From Auanema rhodensis (lineage: Eukaryota > Animalia > Nematoda), in contig OZ059895.1 in NCBI GenBank assembly GCA_964057225.1, positions 23,746,001 through 23,810,000 on the forward strand: 64,000 nucleotides of DNA, written 5' to 3'. Of the stretch, positions 1 through 13,542 are shown piece by piece; the stretch's first letter is position 1; each line of letters begins with the position of its first letter. Made by a program: the position numbers and the translations under genes. The notes beneath the pieces were generated by a model. It was given only the letters and a program-made list of their open reading frames with translations. It did no database searches and was not told the DNA's origin.

Positions 1-3000
1 TCCCCATGTCCATATTAGTCTAAAAACAAATTTTTATTGATATTGGTTCATGGTAACCATGACTTTGAAATTTACGTGAACTTTAATTTATGCTAATTAA
101 ATGTACACGTGATGTGCACTTGATATGTAACTCGCTTCACGTGAAAGATAAAGAGATGCGGTTTTCAAAATTAGATTCCCCATGTCCATATTAGTCTAAA
201 AACAAATTTTTATTGATATTGGTTCATGGTAACCATGACTTTGAATTTTACGTGAACTTTAATTTATGCTAATTAAATGTACACGTGATGTGCACTTGGT
301 ATGTAACTCGCTTCACGTGAAAGATAAAGAGATGCGGTTTTCAAAATTAGATTCCCCATGTCCATATTAGTCTAAAAACAAATTTTTATTGATATTGGTG
401 CATGGTAACCATGACTTTGAAATTTACGTGAACTTTAATTTATGCTAATTAAATGTACACGTGATGTGCACTTGGTATGTAACTCGCTTCACGTGAAAGA
501 TAAAGAGATGCGGTTTTCAAAATTAGATTCCCCATGTCCATATTAGTCTAAAAACAAATTTTTATTGATATTGGTTCATGGCAACCATGACTTTGAAATT
601 TACGTGAACTTTAATTTATGCTAATTAAATGTACACGTGATGTGCACTTGGTATGTAACTCGCTTCACGTGAAAGATAAAGAGATGCGGTTTTCAAAATT
701 AGATTCCCCATGTCCATGTTAGTCTAAAAACAAATTTTTATTGATATTGGTTCATGGTAACCATGACTTTGAAATTTACGTGAACTTTAATTTATGCTAA
801 TTAAATGTACACGTGATGTGCACTTGGTATGTAACTCGCTTCACGTGAAAGATAAAGAGATGCGGTTTTCAAAATTAGATTCCCCATGTCCATATTAGTC
901 TAAAAACAAATTTTTATTGATATTGGTTCATGGTAACCATGACTTTGAAATTTACGTGAACTTTAATTTATGCTAATTAAATGTACACGTGATGTGCACT
1001 TGGTATGTAACTCGCTTCACGTGAAAGATAAAGAGATGCGGTTTTCAAAATTAGATTCCCCATGTCCATATTAGTCTAAAAACAAATTTTTATTGATATT
1101 GGTTCATGGTAACCATGACTTTGAATTTTACGTGAACTTTAATTTATGCTAATTAAATGTACACGTGATGTGCACTTGGTATGTAACTCGCTTCACGTGA
1201 AAGATAAAGAGATGCGGTTTTCAAAATTAGATTCCCCATGTCCATATTAGTCTAAAAACAAATTTTTATTGATATTGGTTCATGGTAACCATGACTTTGA
1301 AATTTACGTGAACTTTAATTTATGCTAATTAAATGTACACGTGATGTGCACTTGGTATGTAACTCGCTTCACGTGAAAGATAAAGAGATGCGGTTTTCAA
1401 AATTAGATTCCCCATCTCCATATTAGTCTAAAAACAAATTTTTTTTGATATTGGTTCATGGTAACCATGACTTTGAAATTTACGTGAACTTTAATTTATG
1501 CTAATTAAATGTACACACAATGTGCACTTGGTATGTAACTCGCTTCACGTGAAAGATAAAGAGATGCGGTTTTCAAAATTAGATTCCCCATGTCCATATT
1601 AGTCTAAAAACAAATTTTTATTGATATTGGTTCATGGTAACCATGACTTTGAAATTTACGTGAACTTTAATTTATGCTAATTAAATGTACACGTGATGTG
1701 CACTTGGTATGTAACTCGCTTCACGTGAAAGATTAAGAGATGCGGTTTTCAAAATTAGATTCCCCATGTCCATATTAGTCTAAAAACAAATTTTTATTGA
1801 TATTGGTGCATGGTAACCATGACTTTGAAATTTACGTGAACTTTAATTTATGCTAATTAAATGTACACGTGATGTGCACTTGGTATGTAACTCGCTTCAC
1901 GTGAAAGATGAAGAGATGCGGTTTTCAAAATTAGATTCCCCATGTCCATATTAGTCTAAAAAAAAATTTTATTGATATTGGTTCATGGTAACCATGACTT
2001 TGAAATTTACGTGAACTTTAATTTATGCTAATTAAATGTACACGTGATGTGCACTTGGTATGTAACTCGCTTCACGTGAAAGATGAAAAGATGCGGTTTT
2101 CAAAATTAGATTCCCCATGTCCATATTAGTCTAAAAAAAAATTTTATTGATATTGGTTCATGGTAACCATGACTTTGAAATTTACGTGAACTTTAATTTA
2201 TGCTAATTAAATGTACACGTGATGTGCACTTGGTATGTAACTCGCTTCACGTGAAAGATAAAGAGATGCGGTTTTCAAAATTAGATTCCCCATGTCCATA
2301 TTAGTCTAAAAACAAATTTTTATTGATATTGGTTCATGGTAACCATGACTTTGAAATTTACGTGAACTTTAATTTATGCTAATTAAATGTACACGTGATG
2401 TGCACTTGGTATGTAACTCGCTTCACGTGAAAGATAAAGAGATGCGGTTTTCAAAATTAGATTCCCCATGTCCATATTAGTCTAAAAACAAATTTTTATT
2501 GATATTGGTTCATGGTAACCATGACTTTGAATTTTACGTGAACTTTAATTTATGCTAATTAAATGTACACGTGATGTGCACTTGGTATGTAACTCGCTTC
2601 ACGTGAAAGATAAAGAGATGCGGTTTTCAAAATTAGATTCCCCATGTCCATATTAGTCTAAAAACAAATTTTTATTGATATTGGTTCATGGTAACCATGA
2701 CTTTGAAATTTACGTGAACTTTAATTTATGCTAATTAAATGTACACGTGATGTGCACTTGGTATGTAACTCGCTTCACGTGAAAGATAAAGAGATGCGGT
2801 TTTCAAAATTAGATTCCCCATGTCCATATTAGTCTAAAAACAAATTTTTTTTGATATTGGTTCATGGTAACCATGACTTTGAAATTTACGTGAACTTTAA
2901 TTTATGCTAATTAAATGTACACACAATGTGCACTTGGTATGTAACTCGCTTCACGTGAAAGATAAAGAGATGCGGTTTTCAAAATTAGATTCCCCATGTC

Positions 3001-6000
3001 CATATTAGTCTAAAAACAAATTTTTATTGATATTGGTTCATGGTAACCATGACTTTGAAATTTACGTGAACTTTAATTTATGCTAATTAAATGTACACGT
3101 GATGTGCACTTGGTATGTAACTCGCTTCACGTGAAAGATAAAGAGATGCGGTTTTCAAAATTAGATTCCCCATGTCCATATTAGTCTAAAAACAAATTTT
3201 TATTGATATTGGTGCATGGTAACCATGACTTTGAAATTTACGTGAACTTTAATTTATGCTAATTAAATGTACACGTGATGTGCACTTGGTATGTAACTCG
3301 CTTCACGTGAAAGATGAAGAGATGCGGTTTTCAAAATTAGATTCCCCATGTCCATATTAGTCTAAAAAAAAATTTTATTGATATTGGTTCATGGTAACCA
3401 TGACTTTGAAATTTACGTGAACTTTAATTTATGCTAATTAAATGTACACGTGATGTGCACTTGGTATGTAACTCGCTTCACGTGAAAGATGAAAAGATGC
3501 GGTTTTCAAAATTAGATTCCCCATGTCCATATTAGTCTAAAAAAAAATTTTATTGATATTGGTTCATGGTAACCATGACTTTGAAATTTACGTGAACTTT
3601 AATTTATGCTAATTAAATGTACACGTGATGTGCACTTGGTATGTAACTCGCTTCACGTGAAAGATAAAGAGATGCGGTTTTCAAAATTAGATTCCCCATG
3701 TCCATATTAGTCTAAAAACAAATTTTTATTGATATTGGTTCATGGTAACCATGACTTTGAATTTTACGTGAACTTTAATTTATGCTAATTAAATGTACAC
3801 GTGATGTGCTCTTGGTATGTAACTCGCTTCACGTGAAAGATAAAGAGATGCGGTTTTCAAAATTAGATTCCCCATGTCCATATTAGTCTAAAAACAAATT
3901 TTTATTGATATTGGTGCATGGTAACCATGACTTTGAAATTTACGTGAACTTTAATTTATGCTAATTAAATGTACACGTGATGTGCACTTGGTATGTAACT
4001 CGCTTCACGTGAAAGATAAAGAGATGCGGTTTTCAAAATTAGATTCCCCATGTCCATATTAGTCTAAAAACAAATTTTTATTGATATTGGTTCATGGCAA
4101 CCATGACTTTGAATTTTACGTGAACTTTAATTTATGCTAATTAAATGTACACGTGATGTGCTCTTGGTATGTAACTCGCTTCACGTGAAAGATAAAGAGA
4201 TGCGGTTTTCAAAATTAGATTCCCCATGTCCATATTAGTCTAAAAACAAATTTTTATTGATATTGGTGCATGGTAACCATGACTTTGAAATTTACGTGAA
4301 CTTTAATTTATGCTAATTAAATGTACACGTGATGTGCACTTGGTATGTAACTCGCTTCACGTGAAAGATAAAGAGATGCGGTTTTCAAAATTAGATTCCC
4401 CATGTCCATATTAGTCTAAAAACAAATTTTTATTGATATTGGTTCATGGCAACCATGACTTTGAAATTTACGTGAACTTTAATTTATGCTAATTAAATGT
4501 ACACGTGATGTGCACTTGGTATGAAACTCGCTTCACGTGAAAGATAAAGAGATGCGGTTTTCAAAATTAGATTCCCCATGTCCATATTAGTCTAAAAAAA
4601 AATTTTATTGATATTGGTTTATGGTAACCATGACTTTGAAATTTACGTGAACTTTAATTTATGCTAATTAAATGTACACGTGATGTGCACTTGGTATGTA
4701 ACTCGCTTCACGTGAAAGATGAAAAGATGCGGTTTTCAAAATTAGATTCCCCATGTCCATATTAGTCTAAAAAAAAATTTTATTGATATTGGTTCATGGT
4801 AACCATGACTTTGAAATTTACGTGAACTTTAATTTATGCTAATTAAATGTACACGTGATGTGCACTTGGTATGTAACTCGCTTCACGTGAAAGATAAAGA
4901 GATGCGGTTTTCAAAATTAGATTCCCCATGTCCATATTAGTCTAAAAACAAATTTTTATTGATATTGGTTCATGGCAACCATGACTTTGAAATTTACGTG
5001 AACTTTAATTTATGCTAATTAAATGTACACGTGATGTGCACTTGGTATGTAACTCGCTTCACGTGAAAGATAAAGAGATGCGGTTTTCAAAATTAGATTC
5101 CCCATGTCCATATTAGTCTAAAAACAAATTTTTATTGATATTGGTTCATGGTAACCATGACTTTGAATTTTACGTGAACTTTAATTTATGCTAATTAAAT
5201 GTACACGTGATGTGCTCTTGGTATGTAACTCGCTTCACGTGAAAGATAAAGAGATGCGGTTTTCAAAATTAGATTCCCCATGTCCATATTAGTCTAAAAA
5301 CAAATTTTTATTGATATTGGTGCATGGTAACCATGACTTTGAAATTTACGTGAACTTTAATTTATGCTAATTAAATGTACACGTGATGTGCACTTGGTAT
5401 GTAACTCGCTTCACGTGAAAGATAAAGAGATGCGGTTTTCAAAATTAGATTCCCCATGTCCATATTAGTCTAAAAACAAATTTTTATTGATATTGGTTCA
5501 TGGCAACCATGACTTTGAATTTTACGTGAACTTTAATTTATGCTAATTAAATGTACACGTGATGTGCTCTTGGTATGTAACTCGCTTCACGTGAAAGATA
5601 AAGAGATGCGGTTTTCAAAATTAGATTCCCCATGTCCATATTAGTCTAAAAACAAATTTTTATTGATATTGGTGCATGGTAACCATGACTTTGAAATTTA
5701 CGTGAACTTTAATTTATGCTAATTAAATGTACACGTGATGTGCACTTGGTATGTAACTCGCTTCACGTGAAAGATAAAGAGATGCGGTTTTCAAAATTAG
5801 ATTCCCCATGTCCATATTAGTCTAAAAACAAATTTTTATTGATATTGGTTCATGGCAACCATGACTTTGAAATTTACGTGAACTTTAATTTATGCTAATT
5901 AAATGTACACGTGATGTGCACTTGGTATGAAACTCGCTTCACGTGAAAGATAAAGAGATGCGGTTTTCAAAATTAGATTCCCCATGTCCATATTAGTCTA

Positions 6001-9000
6001 AAAACAAATTTTTATTGATATTGGTTCATGGTAACCATGACTTTGAAATTTACGTGAACTTTAATTTATGCTAATTAAATGTACACGTGATGTGCACTTG
6101 GTATGTAACTCGCTTCACGTGAAAGATAAAGAGATGCGGTTTTCAAAATTAGATTCCCCATGTCCATATTAGTCTAAAAACAAATTTTTATTGATATTGC
6201 TTCATGGTAACCATGACTTTGAAATTTACGTCAACTTTAATTTATGCTAATTAAATGTACACGTGATGTGCACTTGGTATGTAACTCGCTTCACGTGAAA
6301 GATAAAGAGATGCGGTTTTCAAAATTAGATTCCCCATGTCCATATTAGTCTAAAAACAAATTTTTATTGATATTGGTTCATGGCAACCATGACTTTGAAA
6401 TTTACGTGAACTTTAATTTATGCTAATTAAATGTACACGTGATGTGCACTTGGTATGTAACTCGCTTCACGTGAAAGATAAAGAGATGCGGTTTTCAAAA
6501 TTAGATTCCCCATGTCCATATTAGTCTAAAAACAAATTTTTATTGATATTGGTTCATGGCAACCATGACTTTGAAATTTACGTGAACTTTAATTTATGCT
6601 AATTAAATGTACACGTGATGTGCACTTGGTATGAAACTCGCTTCACGTGAAAGATAAAGAGATGCGGTTTTCAAAATTAGATTCCCCATGTCCATATTAG
6701 TCTAAAAACAAATTTTTATTGATATTGGTTCATGGTAACCATGACTTTGAAATTTACGTGAACTTTAATTTATGCTAATTAAATGTACACGTGATGTGCA
6801 CTTGGTATGTAACTCGCTTCACGTGAAAGATAAAGAGATGCGGTTTTCAAAATTAGATTCCCCATGTCCATATTAGTCTAAAAACAAATTTTTATTGATA
6901 TTGCTTCATGGTAACCATGACTTTGAAATTTACGTCAACTTTAATTTATGCTAATTAAATGTACACGTGATGTGCACTTGGTATGTAACTCGCTTCACGT
7001 GAAAGATAAAGAGATGCGGTTTTCAAAATTAGATTCCCCATGTCCATATTAGTCTAAAAACAAATTTTTATTGATATTGGTTCATGGCAACCATGACTTT
7101 GAAATTTACGTGAACTTTAATTTATGCTAATTAAATGTACACGTGATGTGCACTTGGTATGTAACTCGCTTCACGTGAAAGATAAAGAGATGCGGTTTTC
7201 AAAATTAGATTCCCCATGTCCATATTAGTCTAAAAACAAATTTTTATTGATATTGGTTCATGGTAACCATGACTTTGAAATTTACGTGAACTTTAATTTA
7301 TGCTAATTAAATGTACACGTGATGTGCACTTGGTATGTAACTCGCTTCACGTGAAAGATAAAGAGATGCGGTTTTCAAAATTAGATTCCCCATGTCCATA
7401 TTAGTCTAAAAACAAATTTTTATTGATATTGGTTCATGGTAACCATGACTTTGAAATTTACGTGAACTTTAATTTATGCTAATTAAATGTACACGTGATG
7501 TGCACTTGGTATGTAACTCGCTTCACGTGAAAGATAAAGAGATGCGGTTTTCAAAATTAGATTCCCCATGTCCATATTAGTCTAAAAACAAATTTTTATT
7601 GATATTGGTTCATGGTAACCATGACTTTGAAATTTACGTGAACTTTAATTTATGCTAATTAAATGTACACGTGATGTGCACTTGGTATGTAACTCGCTTC
7701 ACGTGAAAGATAAAGAGATGCGGTTTTCAAAATTAGATTCCCCATGTCCATATTAGTCTAAAAACAAATTTTTTTTGATATTGGTTCATGGTAACCATGA
7801 CTTTGAAATTTACGTGAACTTTAATTTATGCTAATTAAATGTACACGTGATGTGCACTTGGTATGTAACTCGCTTCACGTGAAAGATAAAGAGATGCGGT
7901 TTTCAAAATTAGATTCCCCATGTCCATATTAGTCTAAAAACAAATTTTTATTGATATTGGTTCATGGTAACCATGACTTTGAAATTTACGTGAACTTTAA
8001 TTTATGCTAATTAAATGTACACGTGATGTGCACTTGGTATGTAACTCGCTTCACGTGAAAGATAAAGAGATGCGGTTTTCAAAATTAGATTCCCCATGTC
8101 CATATTAGTCTAAAAACTAATTTTTATTGATATTGGTTCATGGTAACCATGACTTTGAAATTTACGTGAACTTTAATTTATGCTAATTAAATGTACACGT
8201 GATGTGCACTTGGTATGTAACTCGCTTCACGTGAAAGATAAAGAGATGCGGTTTTCAAAATTAGATTCCCCATGTCCATATTAGTCTAAAAACAAATTTT
8301 TATTGATATTAGTTCATGGTAACCATGACTTTGAAATATACGTGAACTTTAATTTATGCTAATTAAATGTACACGTGATGTGCACTTGGTATGTAACTCG
8401 CTTCACGTGAAAGATAAAGAGATGCGGTTTTCAAAATTAGATTCCCCATGTCCATATTAGTCTAAAAATAAATTTTTATTGATATTGGTTCATGGTAACC
8501 ATGACTTTGAAATTTACGTGAACTTTAATTAATGCTAATTAAATGTACACGTGATGTGCACTTGGTATGTAACTCGCTTCACGTGAAAGATAAAGAGATG
8601 CGGTTTTCAAAATTAGATTCCCCATGTCCATATTAGTCTAAAAACAAATTTTTATTGATATTGGTTCATGGTAACCATGACTTTGAATTTTACGTGAACT
8701 TTAATTTATGCTAATTAAATGTACACGTGATGTGCACTTGGTATGTAACTCGCTTCACGTGAAAGATAAAGAAATGCGGTTTTCAAAATTAGATTCCCCA
8801 TGTCCATATTAGTCTAAAAACAAATTTTTATTGATATTGGTTCATGGTAACCATGACTTTGAAATTTACGTGAACTTTAATTTATGCTAATTAAATGTAC
8901 ACGTGATGTGCACTTGGTATGTAACTCGCTTCACGTGAAAGATAAAGAGATGCGGTTTTCAAAATTAGATTCCCCATGTCCATATTAGTCTAAAAACAAA

Positions 9001-12000
9001 TTTTTATTGATATTGCTTCATGGTAACCATGACTTTGAAATTTACGTGAACTTTAATTTATGCTAATTAAATGTACACGTGATGTGCACTTGGTATGTAA
9101 CTCGCTTCACGTGAAAGATAAAGAAATGCGGTTTTCAAAATTAGATTCCCCATGTCCATATTAGTCTGAAAACAAATTTTTATTGATATTGGTTCATGGT
9201 AACCATGACTTTGAAATTTACGTGAACTTTAATTTATGCTAATTAAATGTACACGTGATGTGCACTTGGTATGTAACTTGCTTCACGTGAAAGATAAAGA
9301 GATGCGGTTTTCAAAATTAGATTCCCCATGTCCATATTAGTCTAAAAACAAATTTTTATTGATATTGGTGCATGGTAACCATGACTTTGAAATTTACGTG
9401 AACTTTAATTTATGCTAATTAAATGTACACGTGATGTGCACTTGGTATGTAACTCGCTTCACGTGAAAGATAAAGAGATGCGGTTTTCAAAATTAGATTC
9501 CCCATGTCCATATTAGTCTAAAAACAAATTTTTATTGATATTGGTTCATGGTAACCATGACTTTGAAATTTACGTGAACTTTAATTTATGCTAATTAAAT
9601 GTACACGTGATGTGCACTTGGTATGTAACTCGCTTCACGTGAAAGATAAAGAGATGCGGTTTTCAAAATTAGATTCCCCATGTCCATATTAGTCTAAAAA
9701 CAAATTTTTATTGATATTGGTGCATGGTAACCATGACTTTGAAATTTACGTGAACTTTAATTTATGCTAATTAAATGTACACGTGATGTGCACTTGGTAT
9801 GTAACTCGCTTCACGTGAAAGATAAAGAGATGCGGTTTTCAAAATTAGATTCCCCATGTCCATATTAGTCTAAAAACAAATTTTTATTGATATTGGTTCA
9901 TGGTAACCATGACTTTGAAATTTACGTGAACTTTAATTAATGCTAATTAAATGTACACGTGATGTGCACTTGGTATGTAACTCGCTTCACGTGAAAGATA
10001 AAGAGATGCGGTTTTCAAAATTAGATTCCCAATGTCCATATTAGTCTAAAAACAAATTTTTATTGATATTGGTTCATGGTAACCATGACTTTGAATTTTA
10101 CGTGAACTTTAATTTATGCTAATTAAATGTACACGTGATGTGCACTTGGTATGTAACTCGCTTCACGTGAAAGATAAAGAAATGCGGTTTTCAAAATTAG
10201 ATTCCCCATGTCCATATTAGTCTAAAAACAAATTTTTATTGATATTGGTTCATGGTAACCATGACTTTGAAATTTACGTGAACTTTAATTTATGCTAATT
10301 AAATGTACACGTGATGTGCACTTGGTATGTAACTTGCTTCACGTGAAAGATAAAGAGATGCGGTTTTCAAAATTAGATTCCCCATGTCCATATTAGTCTA
10401 AAAACAAATTTTTATTGATATTGCTTCATGGTAACCATGACTTTGAAATTTACGTGAACTTTAATTTATGCTAATTAAATGTACACGTGATGTGCACTTG
10501 GTATGTAACTCGCTTCACGTGAAAGATAAAGAGATGCGGTTCTCAAAATTAGATTCCCCATGTCCATATTAGTCTAAAAACAAATTTTTATTGATATTGG
10601 TGCATGGTAACCATGACTTTGAAATTTACGTGAACTTTAATTTATGCTAATTAAATGTACACGTGATGTGCACTTGGTATGTAACTCGCTTCACGTGAAA
10701 GATAAAGAAATGCGGTTTTCAAAATTAGATTCCCCATGTCCATATTAGTCTGAAAACAAATTTTTATTGATATTGGTTCATGGTAACCATGACTTTGAAA
10801 TTTACGTGAACTTCAATTTATGCTAATTAAATGTACACGTGATGTGCACTTGGTATGTAACTTGCTTCACGTGAAAGATAAAGAGATGCGGTTTTCAAAA
10901 TTAGATTCCCCATGTCCATATTAGTCTAAAAACAAATTTTTATTGATATTGGTTCATGGTAACCATGACTTTGAAATTTACGTGAACTTTAATTTATGCT
11001 AATTAAATGTACACGTGATGTGCACTTAGTATGTAACTCGCTTCACGTGAAAGATAAAGAGATGCGGTTTTCAAAATTAGATTCCCCATGTCCATATTAG
11101 TCTAAAATCAAATTTTTATTGATATTGGTGCATGGTAACCATGACTTTGAAATTTACGTGAACTTTAATTTATGCTAATTAAATGTACACGTGATGTGCA
11201 CTTGGTATGTAACTTGCTTCACGTGAAAGATAAAGAGATGCGGTTTTCAAAATTAGATTCCCCATGTCCATATTAGTCTAAAAACAAATTTTTATTGATA
11301 TTGGTTCATGGTAACCATGACTTTGAAATTTACGTGAACTTTAATTTATGCTAATTAAATGTACACGTGATGTGCACTTGGTATGTAACTCGCTTCACGT
11401 GAAAGATAAAGAGATGCGGTTTTCAAAATTAGATTCCCCATGTCCATATTAGTCTAAAATCAAATTTTTATTGATATTGGTGCATGGTAACCATGACTTT
11501 GAAATTTACGTGAACTTTAATTTATGCTAATTAAATGTACACGTGATGTGCACTTGGTATGTAACTCGCTTCACGTGAAAGATAAAGAGATGCGGTTTTC
11601 AAAATTAGATTCCCCATGTCCATATTAGTCTAAAAACAAATTTTTATTGATATTGGTTCATGGTAACCATGACTTTGAAATTTACGTGAACTTTAATTTA
11701 TGCTAATTAAATGTACACGTGATGTGCACTTGGTATGTAACTCGCTTCACGTGAAAGATAAAGAGATGCGGTTTTCAAAATTAGATTCCCCATGTCCATA
11801 TTAGTCTAAAAACAAATTTTTATTGATATTGGTTCATGGTAACCATGACTTTGAAATTTACGTGAACTTTAATTTATGCTAATTAAATGTACACGTGATG
11901 TGCACTTGGTATGTAACTCGCTTCACGTGAAAGATAAAGAGATGCGGTTTTCAAAATTAGATTCCCCATGTCCATATTAGTCTAAAAACAAATTTTTATT

Positions 12001-13480
12001 GATATTGCTTCATGGTAACCATGACTTTGAAATTTACGTGAACTTTAATTTATGCTAATTAAATGTACACGTGATGTGCACTTGGTATGTAACTCGCTTC
12101 ACGTGAAAGATAAAGAGATGCGGTTTTCAAAATTAGATTCCCCATGTCCATATTAGTCTAAAAACAAATTTTTATTGATATTGCTTCATGGTAACCATGA
12201 CTTTGAAATTTACGTGAACTTTAATTTATGCTAATTAAATGTACACGTGATGTGCACTTGGTATGTAACTCGCTTCACGTGAAAGATAAAGAGATGCGGT
12301 TCTCAAAATTAGATTCCCCATGTCCATATTAGTCTAAAAACAAATTTTTATTGATATTGGTGCATGGTAACCATGACTTTGAAATTTACGTGAACTTTAA
12401 TTTATGCTAATTAAATGTACACGTGATGTGCACTTGGTATGTAACTCGCTTCACGTGAAAGATAAAGAGATGCGGTTTTCAAAATTAGATTCCCCATGTC
12501 CATATTAGTCTAAAAACAAATTTTTATTGATTTTGGTTCATGGTAACCATGACTTTGAAATTTACGTGAACTTTAATTTATGCTAATTAAATGTACACGT
12601 GATGTGCACTTGGTATGTAACTCGCTTCACGTGAAAGATAAAGAGATGCGGTTTTCAAAATTAGATTCCCCATGTCCATATTAGTCTAAAAACAAATTTT
12701 TATTGATATTGGTGCATGGTAACCATGACTTTGAAATTTACGTGAACTTTAATTTATGCTAATTCAATGTACACGTGATGTGCACTTGGTATGTAACTCG
12801 CTTCACGTGAAAGATAAAGAGATGCGGTTTTCAAAATTAGATTCTCCATGTCCATATTAGTCTAAAAACAAATTTTTATTGATATTGGTGCATGGTAACC
12901 ATGACTTTGAAATTTACGTGAACTTTAATTTATGCTAATTAAATGTACACGTGATGTGCACTTGGTATGTAACTCGCTTCACGTGAAAGATAAAGAGATG
13001 CGGTTTTCAAAATTAGATTCCCCATGTCCATATTAGTCTAAAAACAAATTTTTATTGATATTGCTTCATGGTAACCATGACTTTGAAATTTACGTGAACT
13101 TTAATTTATGCTAATTAAATGTACACGTGATGTGCACTTGGTATGTAACTCGCTTCACGTGAAAGATAAAGAGATGCGGTTTTCAAAATTAGATTCCCCA
13201 TGTCCATATTAGTCTAAAAACAAATTTTTATTGATATTGGTGCATGGTAACCATGACTTTGAAATTTACGTGAACTTTAATTTATGCTAATTAAATGTAC
13301 ACGTGATGTGCACTTGGTATGTAACTCGCTTCACGTGAAAGATAAAGAGATGCGGTTTTCAAAATTAGATTCCCCATGTCCATATTAGTCTAAAAACAAA
13401 TTTTTATTGATATTGCTTCATGGTAACCATGACTTTGAAATTTACGTGAACTTTAATTTATGCTAATTAAATGTACACGT
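1..13480. repeat. 176-bp tandem satellite array, left part (~76.6 monomers; continues beyond window start)
   Basis: TCCCCATGTCC recurs at 1, 177, 353 and so on. Consensus: TCCCCATGTCCATATTAGTCTAAAAACAAATTTTTATTGATATTGGTTCATGGTAACCATGACTTTGAAATTTACGTGAACTTTAATTTATGCTAATTAAATGTACACGTGATGTGCACTTGGTATGTAACTCGCTTCACGTGAAAGATAAAGAGATGCGGTTTTCAAAATTAGAT (56/176 G+C). Some monomers are 175 bp. Confidence 0.99.
13477..13480. repeat. Target-site duplication, left copy (ACGT)
   Basis: The empty site reads ATGTAC-ACGT-GATGTG. The left junction ends ATGTACACGT and the right junction begins ACGTGATGTG. Confidence 0.88.
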
Positions 13481-13502
13481 TTGTTTGTTTGTTTGTTTGT
13501 TT
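13479..13502 (-). repeat. 3' terminal (AAAC)6 tail of the LINE
   Basis: Plus strand reads (GTTT)6, and the first GT is shared with the target. CR1/L2-clade elements typically end in short tandem repeats rather than poly(A). Confidence 0.9.
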
Positions 13503-13505
13503 ATT
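13500..13505 (-). promoter_or_regulatory. AATAAA hexamer (possible polyadenylation signal) merging into the AAAC tail
   Basis: Plus strand TTTATT; the element-sense sequence is CAATAAACAAAC. Confidence 0.5.
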
Positions 13506-13542
13506 GATCTCACCACAGGTTATGACATAAATGAATCAACAA
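13501..13542 (-). other. Putative 3'-UTR terminal RNA stem-loop
   Basis: Sense UUGUUGAUUCA pairs with UGA(G)AUCAAUAA (11 bp, one bulge, one G-U pair) directly upstream of the tail. Paired by eye only. Confidence 0.5.

Noticed and set aside
15-20. TTAGTC/TTAGAT as degenerate nematode telomere repeats (TTAGGC)
   Set aside because: They are isolated mismatched hexamers in AT-rich DNA and never occur in tandem.
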